Below, in pieces: positions 37,125 to 50,437 of a DNA stretch of 64,000 nt. This stretch comes from Phoronis australis. Taxonomy: Eukaryota > Animalia > Phoronida. The position numbers and the translations under genes were made by a program. Numbering within the stretch: position 1 is the first letter of the stretch; each line of letters opens with the position of its first letter. The stretch lies in assembly GCA_002633005.1 (NCBI GenBank), contig NMRA01000193.1, positions 431,527 to 495,526 of the forward strand, given 5' to 3'. The notes under the pieces are model-generated. The model saw only the letters and a list, made by a program, of their open reading frames with translations, searched no databases and was not told the DNA's origin.

Positions 37125-40100
37125 AAACATAACACGCCATAATAGATGCCTTGGAGGGTCACTCAGTTGCATATGCAGACCTACAAGGTTCACATGAGTG
37201 GCGAAAACACTACCGGTTTCACCAGCTACAACGCCAGCGAAAAAGCTCAGCCTGGTGTTTTAGCCAGACAAAGAATTGTCTACAAAGGGATCATCTTTTT
37301 GCCAGGAGCTTCTCAAAACCTGAAACGCTTTCAAGCATAAGTAGGTGTCGAAACACACTCATTCTCTAACACAAAGTGACATTAGAAAAGTCCTCTTTAC
37401 CCAAAGCATTGACTCCCTTGAAGTAAAGAGGCCCGCCTACAAAAAGGTGGCAGCGTGTCCAAAATAGGGTCAAGGATAATGTAAATATCAACTTCCTGGT
37501 CAACACACTCCAGTGGTTGAAGCACTGGTTTGTTTCGTGTGGTACCGGCAATGTTTACAGCTACCAAAGCCTTAAGTCAGAAATACCAAACACACCACCT
37601 AACACCTTTTCCTGGTTTAGGTAGACCAAGTTTTCCCCGAAAGTCACGGAACGAGAAATTTTGAATGAAACTCACTAGATACTATAGATATAATATTCTG
37701 GCTTTCAATTACGGAAAATCAAAAATGTAACCCATCATTTTTTACACCAGATCAATTTTGGCCACACTTCCTTCAAGCAATGATTTAATTTTGTTTACTT
37801 TGAAATACGTACAAAATCAGTTTGAAAACCAAAAACTGTATTTTTGGGATCATTGTTGGGTAGGATAGACTTCCTGAAGTTATAAGCTTTGACCAAAAGT
37901 ATAAAACAGCAAAATCTGTGGTTTATTTTGTGATTTTTGAAGAAACTGACGATTCTTGACCTAGGCTTCCAGTCTTCTGAAATTGAGAGAGCTGACCTTA
38001 TCTGTTAAGCCGTACATGAAACTACTTGAATACTTGCCAAATTTGCTTTAGCTATAGTAGCAACTACAGAAATTCTCCACCAATTTCTTTCAAAATAATT
38101 GCCAAAATTATCATTTTCTATGTTTAAAGGCTGAATACCTCGCTGCAAAGAATGGGAATTTTACCAAATATTGTTTCCTGCCATCCACACAGGGCAAATC
38201 CCGCTAATAATACACTAAAAATCAATCTTTGTATTTGTGGTGAAATCCTACAAAATCACATTTCACTTTTCCACCATGTTGTCCATTAATTAATTAAGTA
38301 AAGAATTACCATATTCTCATAAGCTGCAAAATTATGGACCTGTTCTGTAATTCAGCATTCTAAATTTCATAAGACTCTGTGAAAGTCCAAGAAGATATCT
38401 TGGTATACCTCCATGTAGAGGTATCCTTGCCAGCAACTTGGCTAGAGTATTTATCCAGTTAAGGTAGGACTAGTGGCAACAATAAACCAACACTCTACCC
38501 TGAGGCCACAATAAACAAACCTGAATAGACATGACAGAATGAAAGTAAGACAGCCAATAGGTATGGCTAACTCCTGTTTGTCAAAATCTCTCATAAACTC
38601 ATCCAAAAGAGAAAACACAGGTGTGTAAAAATAACCCCAGGTATTTTCCAGGGTTTCCAACTTCAGAAAGCAGGTCGATTAAAAGATCAGAAAACGGTTA
38701 TTAGAAGAGGACAACAGGCCAGATTGTGATAATATTAACAAGCTATTGAAAGTAGATTACATTGACTCCAACTGAAAAACCAAATAATTCATTGGTCATG
38801 TATTATTTTGAATAACAGAAATGCCTTTGAAAATTAACAAGACTTAAGACAAAATATGGTCGGAGACAACAAGGTTATTGAACCTAACATCTGGCTATTT
38901 TGTGGACAGAGCAGTACACTATTAAGACATTGCTTCAAGCTTATTTTGCCTGTTTGATGAGGCCAATACCAATCCACTCAAGTTGAGAGATGTGCCATAT
39001 ACGATCCAAGACCAAAAGCTAGTCATGACTACTCCATTCTAAAAGGTATAACTACGAAACTAGCCGTCAACCACAATGTAGGCATTTGCCACTCTGCTTG
39101 TTCAGTGACGGTTCATTTGGCTATTTTAGCATCCTAACAGAATGTCATTTAACTGTTAAAGTAACAGGATGGTTCACTTAGAGTGTATGCTAGGGCTGTA
39201 AGGAGTTTCATACAAATGTTGACTGTTGAAGCCTTGGAGGCTGTCCGCTAGTGTGAAAGGTTAAAAGCAAATTCACTTCTAAGTAAACAGGTGGATTTAA
39301 TCGCCAAGCCTTAACATAAGGACACAGTGTGAAAGGTTAACTTTGACTTGATCAGTTATTGGTATATGTTGTTGTCAATGGAAAGTTCCTACAAATGCAC
39401 TTAGGCCACGCCTACCATGCATAGTTAACATCGCTTCGCAAGCATACAATAGGAACTGTTGCCAAATAGAGCTGCACTATCGAAATGGGTCATTGAGAAG
39501 CAAATACTATTAAAGGAAATAAAAAGCATTTGTAAAGCGTTATGAACATGACTTTCTGTGCTTGATTGTCTATAATTCTCTATAAATACAAAACGAATCT
39601 GCCTCTGATAGCAGGGTCCTCACTCACCTGAAGGAAACGTGGTTGTACCTACTAAAAGGGGAATTTTCGCGACATTCTTTACTATACTACACTCATTTCT
39701 ATGACTATAATCTTTGATGCATTCGCAAATCAGCAAGTATTAACTTTAATTTAAGAACTATAAAGTACTAGTCACCATTCTTCTGACAATGTTGTTGACC
39801 ACAGTGAATAATCCTGATGAGCTAGTAGTTGGAGTGTCGTCTGCTGGAGACTGTTCTTGAGAGGAGAGCACGCAAAGTTCATCTGTCATGAGACATTTCA
39901 GGGTACATTTGTGTGCTAAACCGCATGGTTTTTCATAATTCTCCTCTTGTAGAACTTGTCAGTGTGCCATTTTCAGCCGCAGACGCACAGAAGTGTTTAG
40001 TTTTGTGTTTTCAATATGTGAGAGTGAAACATCACAAAACTAGTTCTAGTACTCCTGTATGAGGCACGTGCTTTATACAGAAAACGGTTTGTGACGTTTC

Positions 40101-43100
40101 TGGTGTCTGACGGCATTGTGACCGAAATCAGTGGGTTTGAAAACAACACTTTTAGGTTAAAATTATCAGAGCAATTTTGATTGTTCAGAGGGTATTTTTT
40201 TGACCTGATGAGGGCAATTTTGAGTAATTTTCAAATATTTTTGAGAGGGGAATGGGGCCGATATTTGGCGCCAATTTCGAAGAACCATGGGCCCTGGATA
40301 GAAACGATAGCTTTCGCTGGGAGACGATCTTTCACTTTGCAGTTTAAATTAACCCCATCTGAAAGGGCCTGATGTTGTTACAGAATGAACTCCCAGTGAA
40401 GACAGCTCAAGTTCCTAAACACACATGGATAGAATACCTGATATTGTAATAGCAGAAGATCAATGCAAACTAACAACAAACCTTCCAATACAGGCAACAT
40501 TCTAGAAAAAAGTTGGCTATGAGTCAATTGACCCACAAGGCCTCAGATCTATGGATCAATGTTTAGACAAATGTCTGCTCTTTTTTGATTCAATTTTTGT
40601 GATGGTACTTACATGTGCACGATTCCGTCTGCTACCTGAGTACGTTACGAGAGTTGTGATTCGTCTAAACTGCTAGACACCATATCTCTAAAATTGTTAT
40701 GAACAGTTGCTCTGCACTGTAGTTGAATTCGACTCTCAAGACAAAATGAGACGAAATTGTGATCGTTCGTAGGTTCGAGTTAAGTAATCATAGTATGTCA
40801 ATTAAAATTTTACGTACTAATGATGCGGGACTGATTCCTAAAACTATTCCAGCAATAAGACTATATAAAGTGAGTAAAATTAATATGGACAGGGAAGAGA
40901 ATCTTGGAAGTATGGGTTATACTGAAGCCTACTTGGCTTTTTTTAACCACTGAAGGCAGCTTGTTTTTTTTAAATGAGAGAAAGCAACTTAGCTTTTTAA
41001 ACAACTGAAGGCAGCTTGGCTTTTATTAAACGACAAAAGATACCAAAGCATTCATGTTAATACCCATGCTCAGTCAGAATACTTCCAATTTCCAGGCTCG
41101 CCAATCTAAGCACGCACGGCAGCGTTATCCCAAATTTTTACGGTAAATCAAAATCCTGGACACCGAAACAGCTTAGACAGTATGGTGTCGATAAAGTTTT
41201 GAAGCTAGTGATTATACATAAACACTAAAGCCATGTACTCACCAGTTAGTTTCTTCATTATAAAGTGTGTAGCAACAGCACAGGTGTAGTGATAAGGTGA
41301 GCACACACACCCTTCACTACTGCTAAGCCAGTACTATACTGGGCTATTAATCAAAACCATTTACTTGGACTAAATGCTCATTTTGCGCAATTCGCATGTT
41401 CTAAAAATGCCTAGTTTACAGCTCAGCAACAACTCAAATTTAGTACAATTAAAGAGGGCTTCACACCAGGCCTTTGAAAAGCTTAGTTGGGCAGAGGCCT
41501 GAGTATACACAAATTAGTCAGCATACTCCTAAGAAAATAACGCTGTGTGCAGAATCAGTCTGGTCCCTACATAGGGTCTATATGCGTCTAAGCTGCCATA
41601 CCATTGCCGAGGCATGTGTAAAAACTGCAAGTATGGTAATACTTATGTAAAAAGTAAAAATTTGAACATGTTTAATTTTTGGCATACATCTCACACACAC
41701 CTTTCTGTTCCTTGACGTACTGCTATGTTAAAGCACGTAAAATGCTATGGGTGGAGTTAATTTAGGTTAAGCAAGTCACCTTCGAATGATTCATAAACCA
41801 TTGGTTCTATAGCGAATTTAATACCATACAACTACATAGAAATGTTCAGCAATTGCTGTGTGACAAAGTATCAGAGCTTGGGTCGAATTTGCAGCCAAAT
41901 TATGAAGTTTCATTGGTCTCACAACGGGGTTTCTAATTTAGGGCAAACCCATGTTGAGTCGGCCAACTAGTTGCAGGTCTGTGGTCTCTAGAACCTTCAG
42001 GAATGTGGACTCCAGTCTCCGCATGCTCTTGGCTTACACACCAGCTTTATCCTTCATTCTGACGAAAACTTTCCTACCTTGCCTCACTTTTATGCAGCAT
42101 AGCAATGAATGAAATGTCCAAAACTTTGAAATGGTAATACAGATAGCTGATTGGGAGGGCTAACAAACAATAGGGCTTTGCCTTGTGGGAAAACTTTAGC
42201 ACAGGATTTGGCTTGATTGACAGGTTGCACATAAATAAACCCCAGTGTATTTGCAACATCCTTTCTAAGCATAATGGAACTCTTGAAAGAATCTATATGG
42301 TGGTAGTAATACCCGGTAGCAGTAGTTTTTATTGACTATCAGAACATAAAAGATGATTACAAAAAATATAAAGTTACGAGAAAGTCTAATGAATCAAACG
42401 AATTAAAAAACAAGAAAGGATGAGATAATGGAGGCAATAGGAATTTACACATTATAACAGCTACCATTCGAAAAATCTCATGACTCCAGCCTCCAGGTAA
42501 ACTCGCCTTGGCTCAACAATGACGAAATGGATGTAATGGCCCAGTATGCTGGCGAAAGCAGATCTGATATTGTTTACAAGAGGGCAAAAAAGTAATACAT
42601 GTTCTTCTAACTGAACCTCATCACGGTGGCAGAGTCTGAGTTCTCACGGTATTCTCGCCCACCTTCTTGACTCGATCCTAAGTCAGTGTGAGGATAGCCG
42701 CGCACGCGAGAGAATAATACACTGGTGCTCTAAAATGTCCGACGCAGAGTATATACACATACGAGGCAGTTTACTTCCTCACGCCACTTTATTAAACTCA
42801 TTGACTTGAGGTCAGGATTTTTAGCATAGCACCACAAACTCAGATTTTGTTCGGCAACCGAGTAAGTCACCAGAAAGTTGCCCATCAAAGTACATGAATC
42901 TGATACGGAAAGAAGTGAGTCAGGAATTGTTTGGCAAAAACTGGCAGGGCCCAACTGTGACGCACGGCTGCGTAAAAAAAATTGTATCACCCTCTGCTAC
43001 TGGTAATAGCCGAACTAGAGCGAAATGCACTGCAGCACACGTAAACACCCCAACAGCCCATGTTTTCTTCTGATACAGACATGACAAAAGATGCTTGTGG

Positions 43101-43581
43101 GACGTTTTGTTTTTCAGTCAAACGGGAAAAAAGTAAATATGTCAGAGCACTGTGCCGCCACTCCAGCATGTATTCCTAATTTTGGCGATCTCATTTCCTA
43201 TTTAGCGACCTGGGAATTTTGCATTTGGCATTGTGCTATGCATCGACCCCTACTGTAACTGGCATGTAATTTAAGCAGATCTACTTTGTTGCAATATCAG
43301 CTAAATTGATCATTTGCCTAGAGGTTGTTTGAATTGTTATATTGCATCAAAGCCATAACAGAAAACAAATTCAAGCCAGAAGCAAAATTGTGCATTTGAA
43401 ATTTAAACTTAACGTTCCTACTCCTACGTTCTGAAAGTAAAAATCTGATGACTGAGCAAAGGCCAGTGACAAAACAGTAAGTGCAAGCAATAACAAGTTA
43501 TCCCTGATCATTATGTCCAACTAGATATCGTTATGACATTATGCTTGTCTGAAGCACATTGACTAGGGACAGGGCATGGAA

Positions 43582-43846
43582 GAGTGTGTTCACAGGGCCC
43601 CGGGCCTGACTCTGTAGAGTTAGTTAACTAGAACATCTATCTGTTGGCTAACGTAACTGCCTAGTCATTACCGTACTCAGTTTTGTGAGTGGGTTCACAG
43701 GGCCCGGGCCCGACTCTGTAGAGTTAGTCAACTAGAACACCTATCTGTAGGCTAACATAACTGCCTAGTCCTTACTCAGTTTTGTGAGTGGGTTCACAGG
43801 CCCGGCCTGACTCTGTAGAGTTAGTCAACTAGAACATATCTCTGTT
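43582..43846. repeat. Tandem repeat, ~2.6 units of ~100 bp
   Basis: GTTCACAGG...GACTCTGTAGAGTTAGTYAACTAGAACA recurs at periods of 105 and 99 bp. Confidence 0.9.
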
Positions 43847-45662
43847 CCAGACACAGGAGAACTGATCAACACATATCCATATTACGATCGCATGAAGAAA
43901 TTTAAGAAACCACATGGCGAATATGACTTCACAGAAATCAAGTGCTTCAAATGTAATTATTCATTTGACATTTCACTATTCACTTTTTACCTCACCATTA
44001 CTATTTTTCACCTAGCGGCAAACTATATTATGTATAATCATTTGGCACATTTGCTGGCAATTGGATCACTACTAATTTTTAATATATGATGTCATGAGGT
44101 TACAAATGTGAGCACAAGATGGCAGAAGACTTGATTCATCGTTGTAACAGAGAGGTAAAAAGAAGTAAAATATAACCAGGTAAGACCTTTCAAGTATCAA
44201 CGGGAACTTGACTATCACACTCAACAAATATTTTTTAGGTTACACAGTGCCAGTAGAAGATGATTTAGGTTGATTAAGCCAGTGATTAGCTAAACATCAA
44301 CTTATTACGATTTCAAGAGAATATGGTTGAAAATGAAGGTACCTGTAAGTATGTAACTATGCAAGGGCACAGCAGGTAATTACTGCCTTGTCTGCAGGTT
44401 GGTGTCCAGGCTGCGATTTGTGTGGGGGCAAGTTGCCTTGGAACAAGTAACTCTAACTTGATAAAACGGGGTTGCATATGTCAAGCTGCTCCAGCACAAA
44501 CAAGAATGTGCGCCACAACTGAGCGTAGCAACAACTCATTCCAAGAGTAACTCTTTTTAGGGTATTAACTGGTAGTGTGACCAGACCTTTGTTTTAAGCA
44601 AAGTCTTACCAGCATGGACACTGTAAAATACAACACTGACAATATTCCCATATCCGAGATTCAACTCCCCTCTGCTGCAGAGGTAGTCAAAGACACAGTA
44701 TGATTAACCTAATTTCAGACGTGTAAGGCCTCCAACATACTTCTGGGCAGAGTCTGACAAGTGAAAAAACACTTATCACGCCCTGCTCAGCTTTTCAAAT
44801 TTTTGTTATGCATGCATTGCAGCTCATTATACAACTGTAAAACTTAAGTGGCATCAGAATAGCAAACGACAACCTAATCTGATATAAAATAGTGATGAGC
44901 AAGGCAGCAGTGCTCAACTCGGGGCAAGTGCCTTATGAGAGCACAACATTGTGGGTAGACAGTGCAGAATGCAGGAGAGTAATAGGTTATGCTATTTTAT
45001 ACATTGTCCCTCTCTCTCTCTGACTTCTAGCATAACTGTTCATTTAAAAGAGGATAAGGAGCTGACTTCACCTCAATAATACCCTATAATCAGTGTCATT
45101 CATTGCTTCATCAATGTAAATGTGACTTATGCATGTGTGAAAATATGCATCTACAAAGAAACTTAGAAGGACTAGCCACAAATGTCCTCCTTGCACAGTG
45201 GAATGAACACAGGAAAACTGCACTAAAACTAAAAGGGAAAGTAACCATTTTTGATGGTACCTTAAGTAAAAATACAGGAGAGCGTTCCAAGATTTCATGA
45301 AAAATAACGCTAGTGAAAAGCAAGCATCTCGCGAATATGCTCGGGAACTTTCAGGGTCCGATTTGGCGAGTACCAGGAAATAGTGAGAATGGGAAGAGAG
45401 AATAGCAGCGGGGCGAAAACGGTGTCCCCAACAATTTACGTTTAACTTCTTACGTGCCTGGAAACATAATATCTAGTTGTTACACGCAGACAAACTCGTC
45501 CTTAGATTATCGGATATCGTAAAACCCTTAGACTATTTGTTAAGTTAACTCTAACTAGTGATGGATTACGGACAACTACCATTTCTCACCGATGTTGCTG
45601 AAATCAAGGCCGACTCTATGTCATTTATTGTTTGACTGTAATCATGAAGATGAAGAGTCCAG

Positions 45663-46096
45663 TGCCCGGTTGCACGAAACAGTCCCAAATAGTGACTCAA
45701 CTAAGGTCCCTAAATCTACTGCATATTTTTGGACTTGTGAAAACATTGATTGGGCTTTCTTGTATTGTTTTAGTTTCATTACTAAGTCAACTTTTGACTT
45801 TGATACAAATCGAGAGTGAACTCTACATTGAATTGTTAATATTATCGAAAATACTACGGGATCTTTTCATGCAAAACTCCCAGTTTAAGAACTGAGTCCC
45901 TGTTTATTTTCAATGAACTCTAGGCTCAGTTTTTAGTTATATTATTTATTAGGAATGTCATTAATCAAAGAAGAGCTAATAAAGATGAAATGATTGAAAA
46001 ATATTGCATCTGTGAGTCCATAAAGACACAAATACGCAAAAAGACTTAGGGCCCTTAGTTGAATCCCTATTTGGGACTGATTCATTCAACCCGCCA
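45663..46096. mobile_element. Harbinger-like MITE
   Basis: CAG TSD and long imperfect TIRs containing CAGTCCCAAATAG...TCAACTAAGG.CCCTAA. Confidence 0.7.
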
Positions 46097-47521
46097 CAGG
46101 TTCGAATTTGCACCGAGACTGGTCTCAAAAAAACCACTGTCCTCACCAGTTGTCACTTTAAATGCACAGCTGATAGTGGCACACCCATCTGTCATTTCAT
46201 CAGTATTTTAGTTACAAAGTGACTGGTCAGCAACAACACCAATGTTGGTGCACTGACATCGGACTACATTCGCACACCTAATAGCTTGGTCCTGACCATT
46301 CGACCCTCTTTTGCCCTGAAAACTGACACTCACCACCAGGTGTCAATGAACTAAAACTTAACTTCCCAAGAAAATCTATTAAAGATCAATAAGTTTCCAA
46401 GCTTAACTCCAATTAACTTTCACACTTTGCGATTAAATACAAAAACCATCTCCATAGAGAATAGGCTGCAAATCAAAAGTCAGTGTAGACAAAAACATGA
46501 GTTTGGACACTGCCTCAGACATACAACCTCAAGCACAATGCCTAAAATGTAGAATGCCTGGTGTTGGGAGTCCCCTATATTAATACACTGCACAGCCATG
46601 TTTCAATGATTTGTTCATTGAACAAGTTCACCATGTTAACTGCAAAGTGTCTCAACTATCAGTTTCTATCTGGAACATCTTGAAGATAAATGTCTAGTTA
46701 GCCTCCCATTCCATGTCAATCCACCTTTGACTCACCTACACACAACTGCTGACTGCTGAGGCTACATTTGTTTCAGGCATTTAAAGGGTCTTACACACCA
46801 ATGCTGAGGCTCAAATGTTTTGGGAGTCGTGAAATGTTAATTTTGGTCAGAAACTGAAGTTAAGATGGCAAGTCATTTCCTCTGTAAACAGGTGGCTTAG
46901 ACAATGGAGCATCAGTGCTTTGATTCAGTGCGAGTGGTCAACTTCAGGTGCTGCTGTCAACAGCGACATGTGTTGTGTAATTATTTAATACTATTAGTTG
47001 ACCATTACAACTACTTTGTTTCACTAATTATCCAAGCATATACAATGCCTGGCTACACTTCCCTTCCACTTCACAGGCATGACTGAAAACAAAATCACCA
47101 CCGACATATCGTTCAAGTAACTTACGTGGACATTCTCCCCCCCTCACAACATCTTAGATACAGTGTCCCCCTTTTCCATATTGTAATGTCAACAACTGTG
47201 TAACTTTGCAGTTACCACAGATAATAATCTTGTACCAGAGTTACTTAAACTGGTATCAAATGGCCTTACAAAAAACTATGCCATCAACCTTAGCTTCAGT
47301 TTTAGTTGTGCTATTATTCATTACCAAAAGCATCTTCAATGAAAAAGACACCAATATTACTCATTTCTCGGTAAAGTTTTAATTGTATACAGCAATATGA
47401 TAGAATCTTTGAAAATTAATCCTACAAAGTGTTGCATTCAGAAGACCAAGCTGTGGTGAAGAACTGTAACAGGACAAAATTGAACAAATTCCATTGTTAT
47501 ACGGTATAGATTTCTTCTAAA

Positions 47522-47793
47522 AATCCAGAAAATTAACCATTAAACGGCAGAAGTTTTCGAAAGTCGATGCTGGCTGCTTCCTTCCTCAGTGTGACCCTGT
47601 GACGGAGTGGGAGTCAAGATGACGTCATTAACGTGGGAAAGTTTAAATGCGCCATCGTCCCTGTTCATGCTATTGGATCTCATCCTCATACAGGTGGATT
47701 CCCTTATTCTTCTTTTTCTAGGGTCACTTTCACTATTAATTATTTTTGCATTTTCATTCAATTTCTGCGGTTTAATGGTTAATTTTCTGGATT
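47522..47793 (-). mobile_element. 5'-truncated Penelope-like element (GIY-YIG endonuclease C-terminus plus pLTR with an inverted terminal copy)
   Basis: Minus-strand ENAKIINSESDPRKRRIRESTCMRMRSNSMNRDDGAFKLSHVNDVIL has the PLE KRxIxE...MNRDxGxxxL signature. 34-bp inverted arms at 47522-47555 and 47760-47793 (2 mismatches). A hammerhead core follows the ORF remnant. Confidence 0.8.
47545..47595 (-). ncRNA. Minimal hammerhead ribozyme motif of the PLE pLTR (possibly degenerate)
   Basis: CA-CTGAGGA-A-GGAAG-N13-CTTTC-GAAA-ACTTC-TG. Conserved core and a 5-bp stem II are present, but stems I and III are weak. Confidence 0.5.
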
Positions 47794-48387
47794 ATTAAAA
47801 GACATTTCTACTATATCTCATCATGTAATCCTGATGAATTTTTTTTAGTGAAATCTCATTATTTTCTTACTGTTGAACTATGATGAATTTAATGTGTGGT
47901 TGACATAAACATTTAAGTCATCTTTTCATACAGGTGAAATATACTGGCCAGCTTTATTGGACGATCATCGGCCAAGTTCATCACGCAAGAATTGAATCAA
48001 AGCTTTCCCCCTTCTCATCCATGTTATAGAATGCACATTTCTGGAGAGCGAAAACAACTTCTGTTCATATTCAACACATATTCCACTAACTTTTGGGATG
48101 TTGGCGACATTTGAAAGTCAATCATAAATGCAATATTTGACACTTATGGAATGTAACCAAATGTGCTTGCAACAACATGAATTTTACGAGTTGTTTCAGC
48201 TGGCTTCTCTGGATTGCAACTGAAACAAACGAATAGGATTCAAACAATGTAGCAACATCCGAACCATCCCAAGTCTGACTTGATGTTTCCCCCATTCCCT
48301 CTCCGCCCACTCAGTCGAGAAATCTGAGCCAGACGTTACTTCCATGTTAATCCTTTGTGAGCGAGCAGTAAAAATCAATGCACTTAC

Positions 48388-48615
48388 CTCGAGATCTTCA
48401 ACAGTCCTGAAGCTACAAATGGCGAATCCGTCAATAATATCCTCGGTCATGACCGGCGATTTAGGCCTCGGCTTCCTATTTTTTGCCTTACCCCGGTCTT
48501 TACTTGTCTGGGGCGAAGGCGATTCCCTGGCACTCTCGTCCCCACTCCCATCCCCAGCGCTATGTTCATCGTCCTGACCGCGCCGACGTTGTCGTTTCTT
48601 CGCCTCGTTCTCCAT
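48388..48615 (-). CDS. AUTS2: First coding exon (76 codons) of an AUTS2/FBRSL1/fibrosin/tay-family gene
   Basis: MENEAKKRQRRRG...[29 protein letters not shown] matches the conserved N-terminal AUTS2-family motif (human AUTS2 [20 protein letters not shown]), preceded by a basic/Ser-rich stretch. Strong start context AGCATGG. The exon ends GAG|GTAAGTG (phase 0). The invertebrate gene is probably co-orthologous to AUTS2/FBRSL1/FBRS. Confidence 0.9.
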
Positions 48616-49100
48616 GCTAATTTCGTTGCAAATTTCTCATGGATCGCGAAAGAGACAAGCTAGAGAGCTACTCCAGACTATATAGCCCCTGTGTACCAAC
48701 TCCGATCGTACCAAGGGCCTTCCTTTCTGTAAATATTCGTCAAAAATCGTAATAACTTTCAGCTGAATATCCCCGATTGTTCGAATGGCGGATAATACAT
48801 TTTAACGCGTCACGCATTTGCATCTGTGTGTACATACGCTAAGAAAAATAGTCCGCCAAATAACCAAACTTCAATTTTGTTTTAATAACTTTTCATAACC
48901 GTAGTAGACCTTTGATATGAATTAGTGTAATTTATGCATATATGTGCCCGCCACTGTTGTTTTAGTCAAAAGTTTCACTTTCGCGTTTGAATAGCTCATC
49001 ACGCGGACTGATTGAATAGCTCATTGACTCAAGTGCAAACAGCGTGAAAGTCACGAAACACTTGATCATTTGTTTGAATCCTGCCCTGGGAGTTGGGACT
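48616..49100 (-). promoter_or_regulatory. Putative 5'UTR/core promoter of the AUTS2-like gene
   Basis: CpG-richer region upstream of the ATG. Contains an Inr-like TCAGTC on the minus strand (49006-49011), a GAAAGTGAAAC motif (~48972-48982), octamer ATTTGCAT (~48816) and a duplicated 13-mer TTGAATAGCTCAT (48987, 49012). The TSS is not demonstrable from sequence alone. Confidence 0.4.
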
Positions 49101-49365
49101 TGTGGACTGTCTTGTAGTGTTTTCGTTGATGGGGCAACTTAGCAAGCGAACTACGGAGATTTGGATGGTGCTCAGGAGCAAGAGCTCATTGCTGCAGCGA
49201 TATCGACAGTTTGAATTTTCCTGAGGAGTCTCAGTCGCCGCGCATCGCAGGGACGATGTTTTTGTTCATGATGGAAATCAGTGCTGCATGCTTTATTTTT
49301 TATAGCCTAAATATTCTACTGATTACTGATCCATATATCAGGAAATGCTTATACATGAAACTCTA

Positions 49366-49519
49366 TAGTGGCGGATTTAAAGGGGGCCAAGGGGGCCATC
49401 CCCCCTAAAATTCTCCAAGATTCCATTGGGCAGTTCCGGAGTGCCAATGTCTGACAGGCAAAATCCTGGCTAATACTCCGTCCTGGCCCCCCTAACTAAA
49501 AATCCTGGATCCGCCCATG
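49366..49519. mobile_element. hAT5-like MITE (5-bp TSD)
   Basis: CTCTA|TAGTGGCGGATTTA ... TGGATCCGCCCATG|CTCTA. Confidence 0.7.
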
Positions 49520-50437
49520 CTCTAGGTTGGTTACAAATAGCTTGCACTAAGATTAGTTCCCTTTCAGTGTAGTGTGTATGACCAAAATACGTCGTGACAT
49601 TGTCATAGGAATAGCCTGGCAATGGGCATTAAGCTAGCGTGTGTTGTTAACCGACTGAAGCCAACCCGGCTCACCTTCTAGTCCTACACATGGTTCTTGT
49701 AGCCGCTAAGGTTTCACTGGTATTTCAAATGACCATTCAGGGTGAAATTGATTTATAGATCACTCTTAAATGAAGACATCATTATTTTGTAGCAATTAGT
49801 CAGGCCCTATCGACCCCCCCCCCCCACGGAAAAGGTCCAGCCCCGGCCTATCTGTTAAAGATGGGATATTTATATATGGACACCAACAACAAAATTGCTG
49901 CAGCTACTGGTACTACTAACTACAATGATAACTGTCAGCAATAATTTTAAATTTACTTCCGCCCCCCTTCGTCCGCTACCGGTCCTAGCTCCTGAACTCA
50001 ATATTTTCTCACGCTTCACGCTGTTGCTGTTTCATTTTGCTTGCGTAAGCCAAGGGGGGGGGGCTGTCCCCCCCTCCCTAAATGGTTGCTACAACATAGG
50101 GTAACTAGGGAGTCTAGAAGTAAATGTCTATACCTATCTAGGCTATGTAGCAGCGAGAGAGCTCCCAAAAGTAGTACCGTGTGAATGTCTTAAAATCGAC
50201 CAAGAAACAAAATAGTAGAAAGTAAGTTTGTTATCTGCTATTTTTTGATAGTGTTGGAGAGTACGGTAAAATGCAGACATTTTTAAATTTCTACTTTGGT
50301 TGTGGATTGGTGGATGACATACATATGCTTGTAAAGTGGGTGCGTTTCCATTCTTTTAAATTCAATACACGCCGATGATAATTTACGTTCACTATAGGCA
50401 GTCCTCCGTCGTTGCTCAAAAATCAGACATTTAACTA

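Larger units (their letters stand above)
1..48387 (-). other. Intronic sequence (probably intron 1) of the AUTS2-like gene
   Basis: Starts at the GT donor at 48387. No further AUTS2-like coding exon is recognisable to the window start, and the region is TE-rich. Small exons could have been missed. Confidence 0.6.

Noticed and set aside
47540-47761. 73-aa basic ORF as AUTS2 exon 2
   Set aside because: It matches a Penelope GIY-YIG C-terminus with pLTR features and has no good splice sites.
48196-48387. C-terminal part of the 139-aa ORF as coding sequence
   Set aside because: It lies past the consensus GAG|GTAAGT donor, where family similarity ends, so it is intron read-through.
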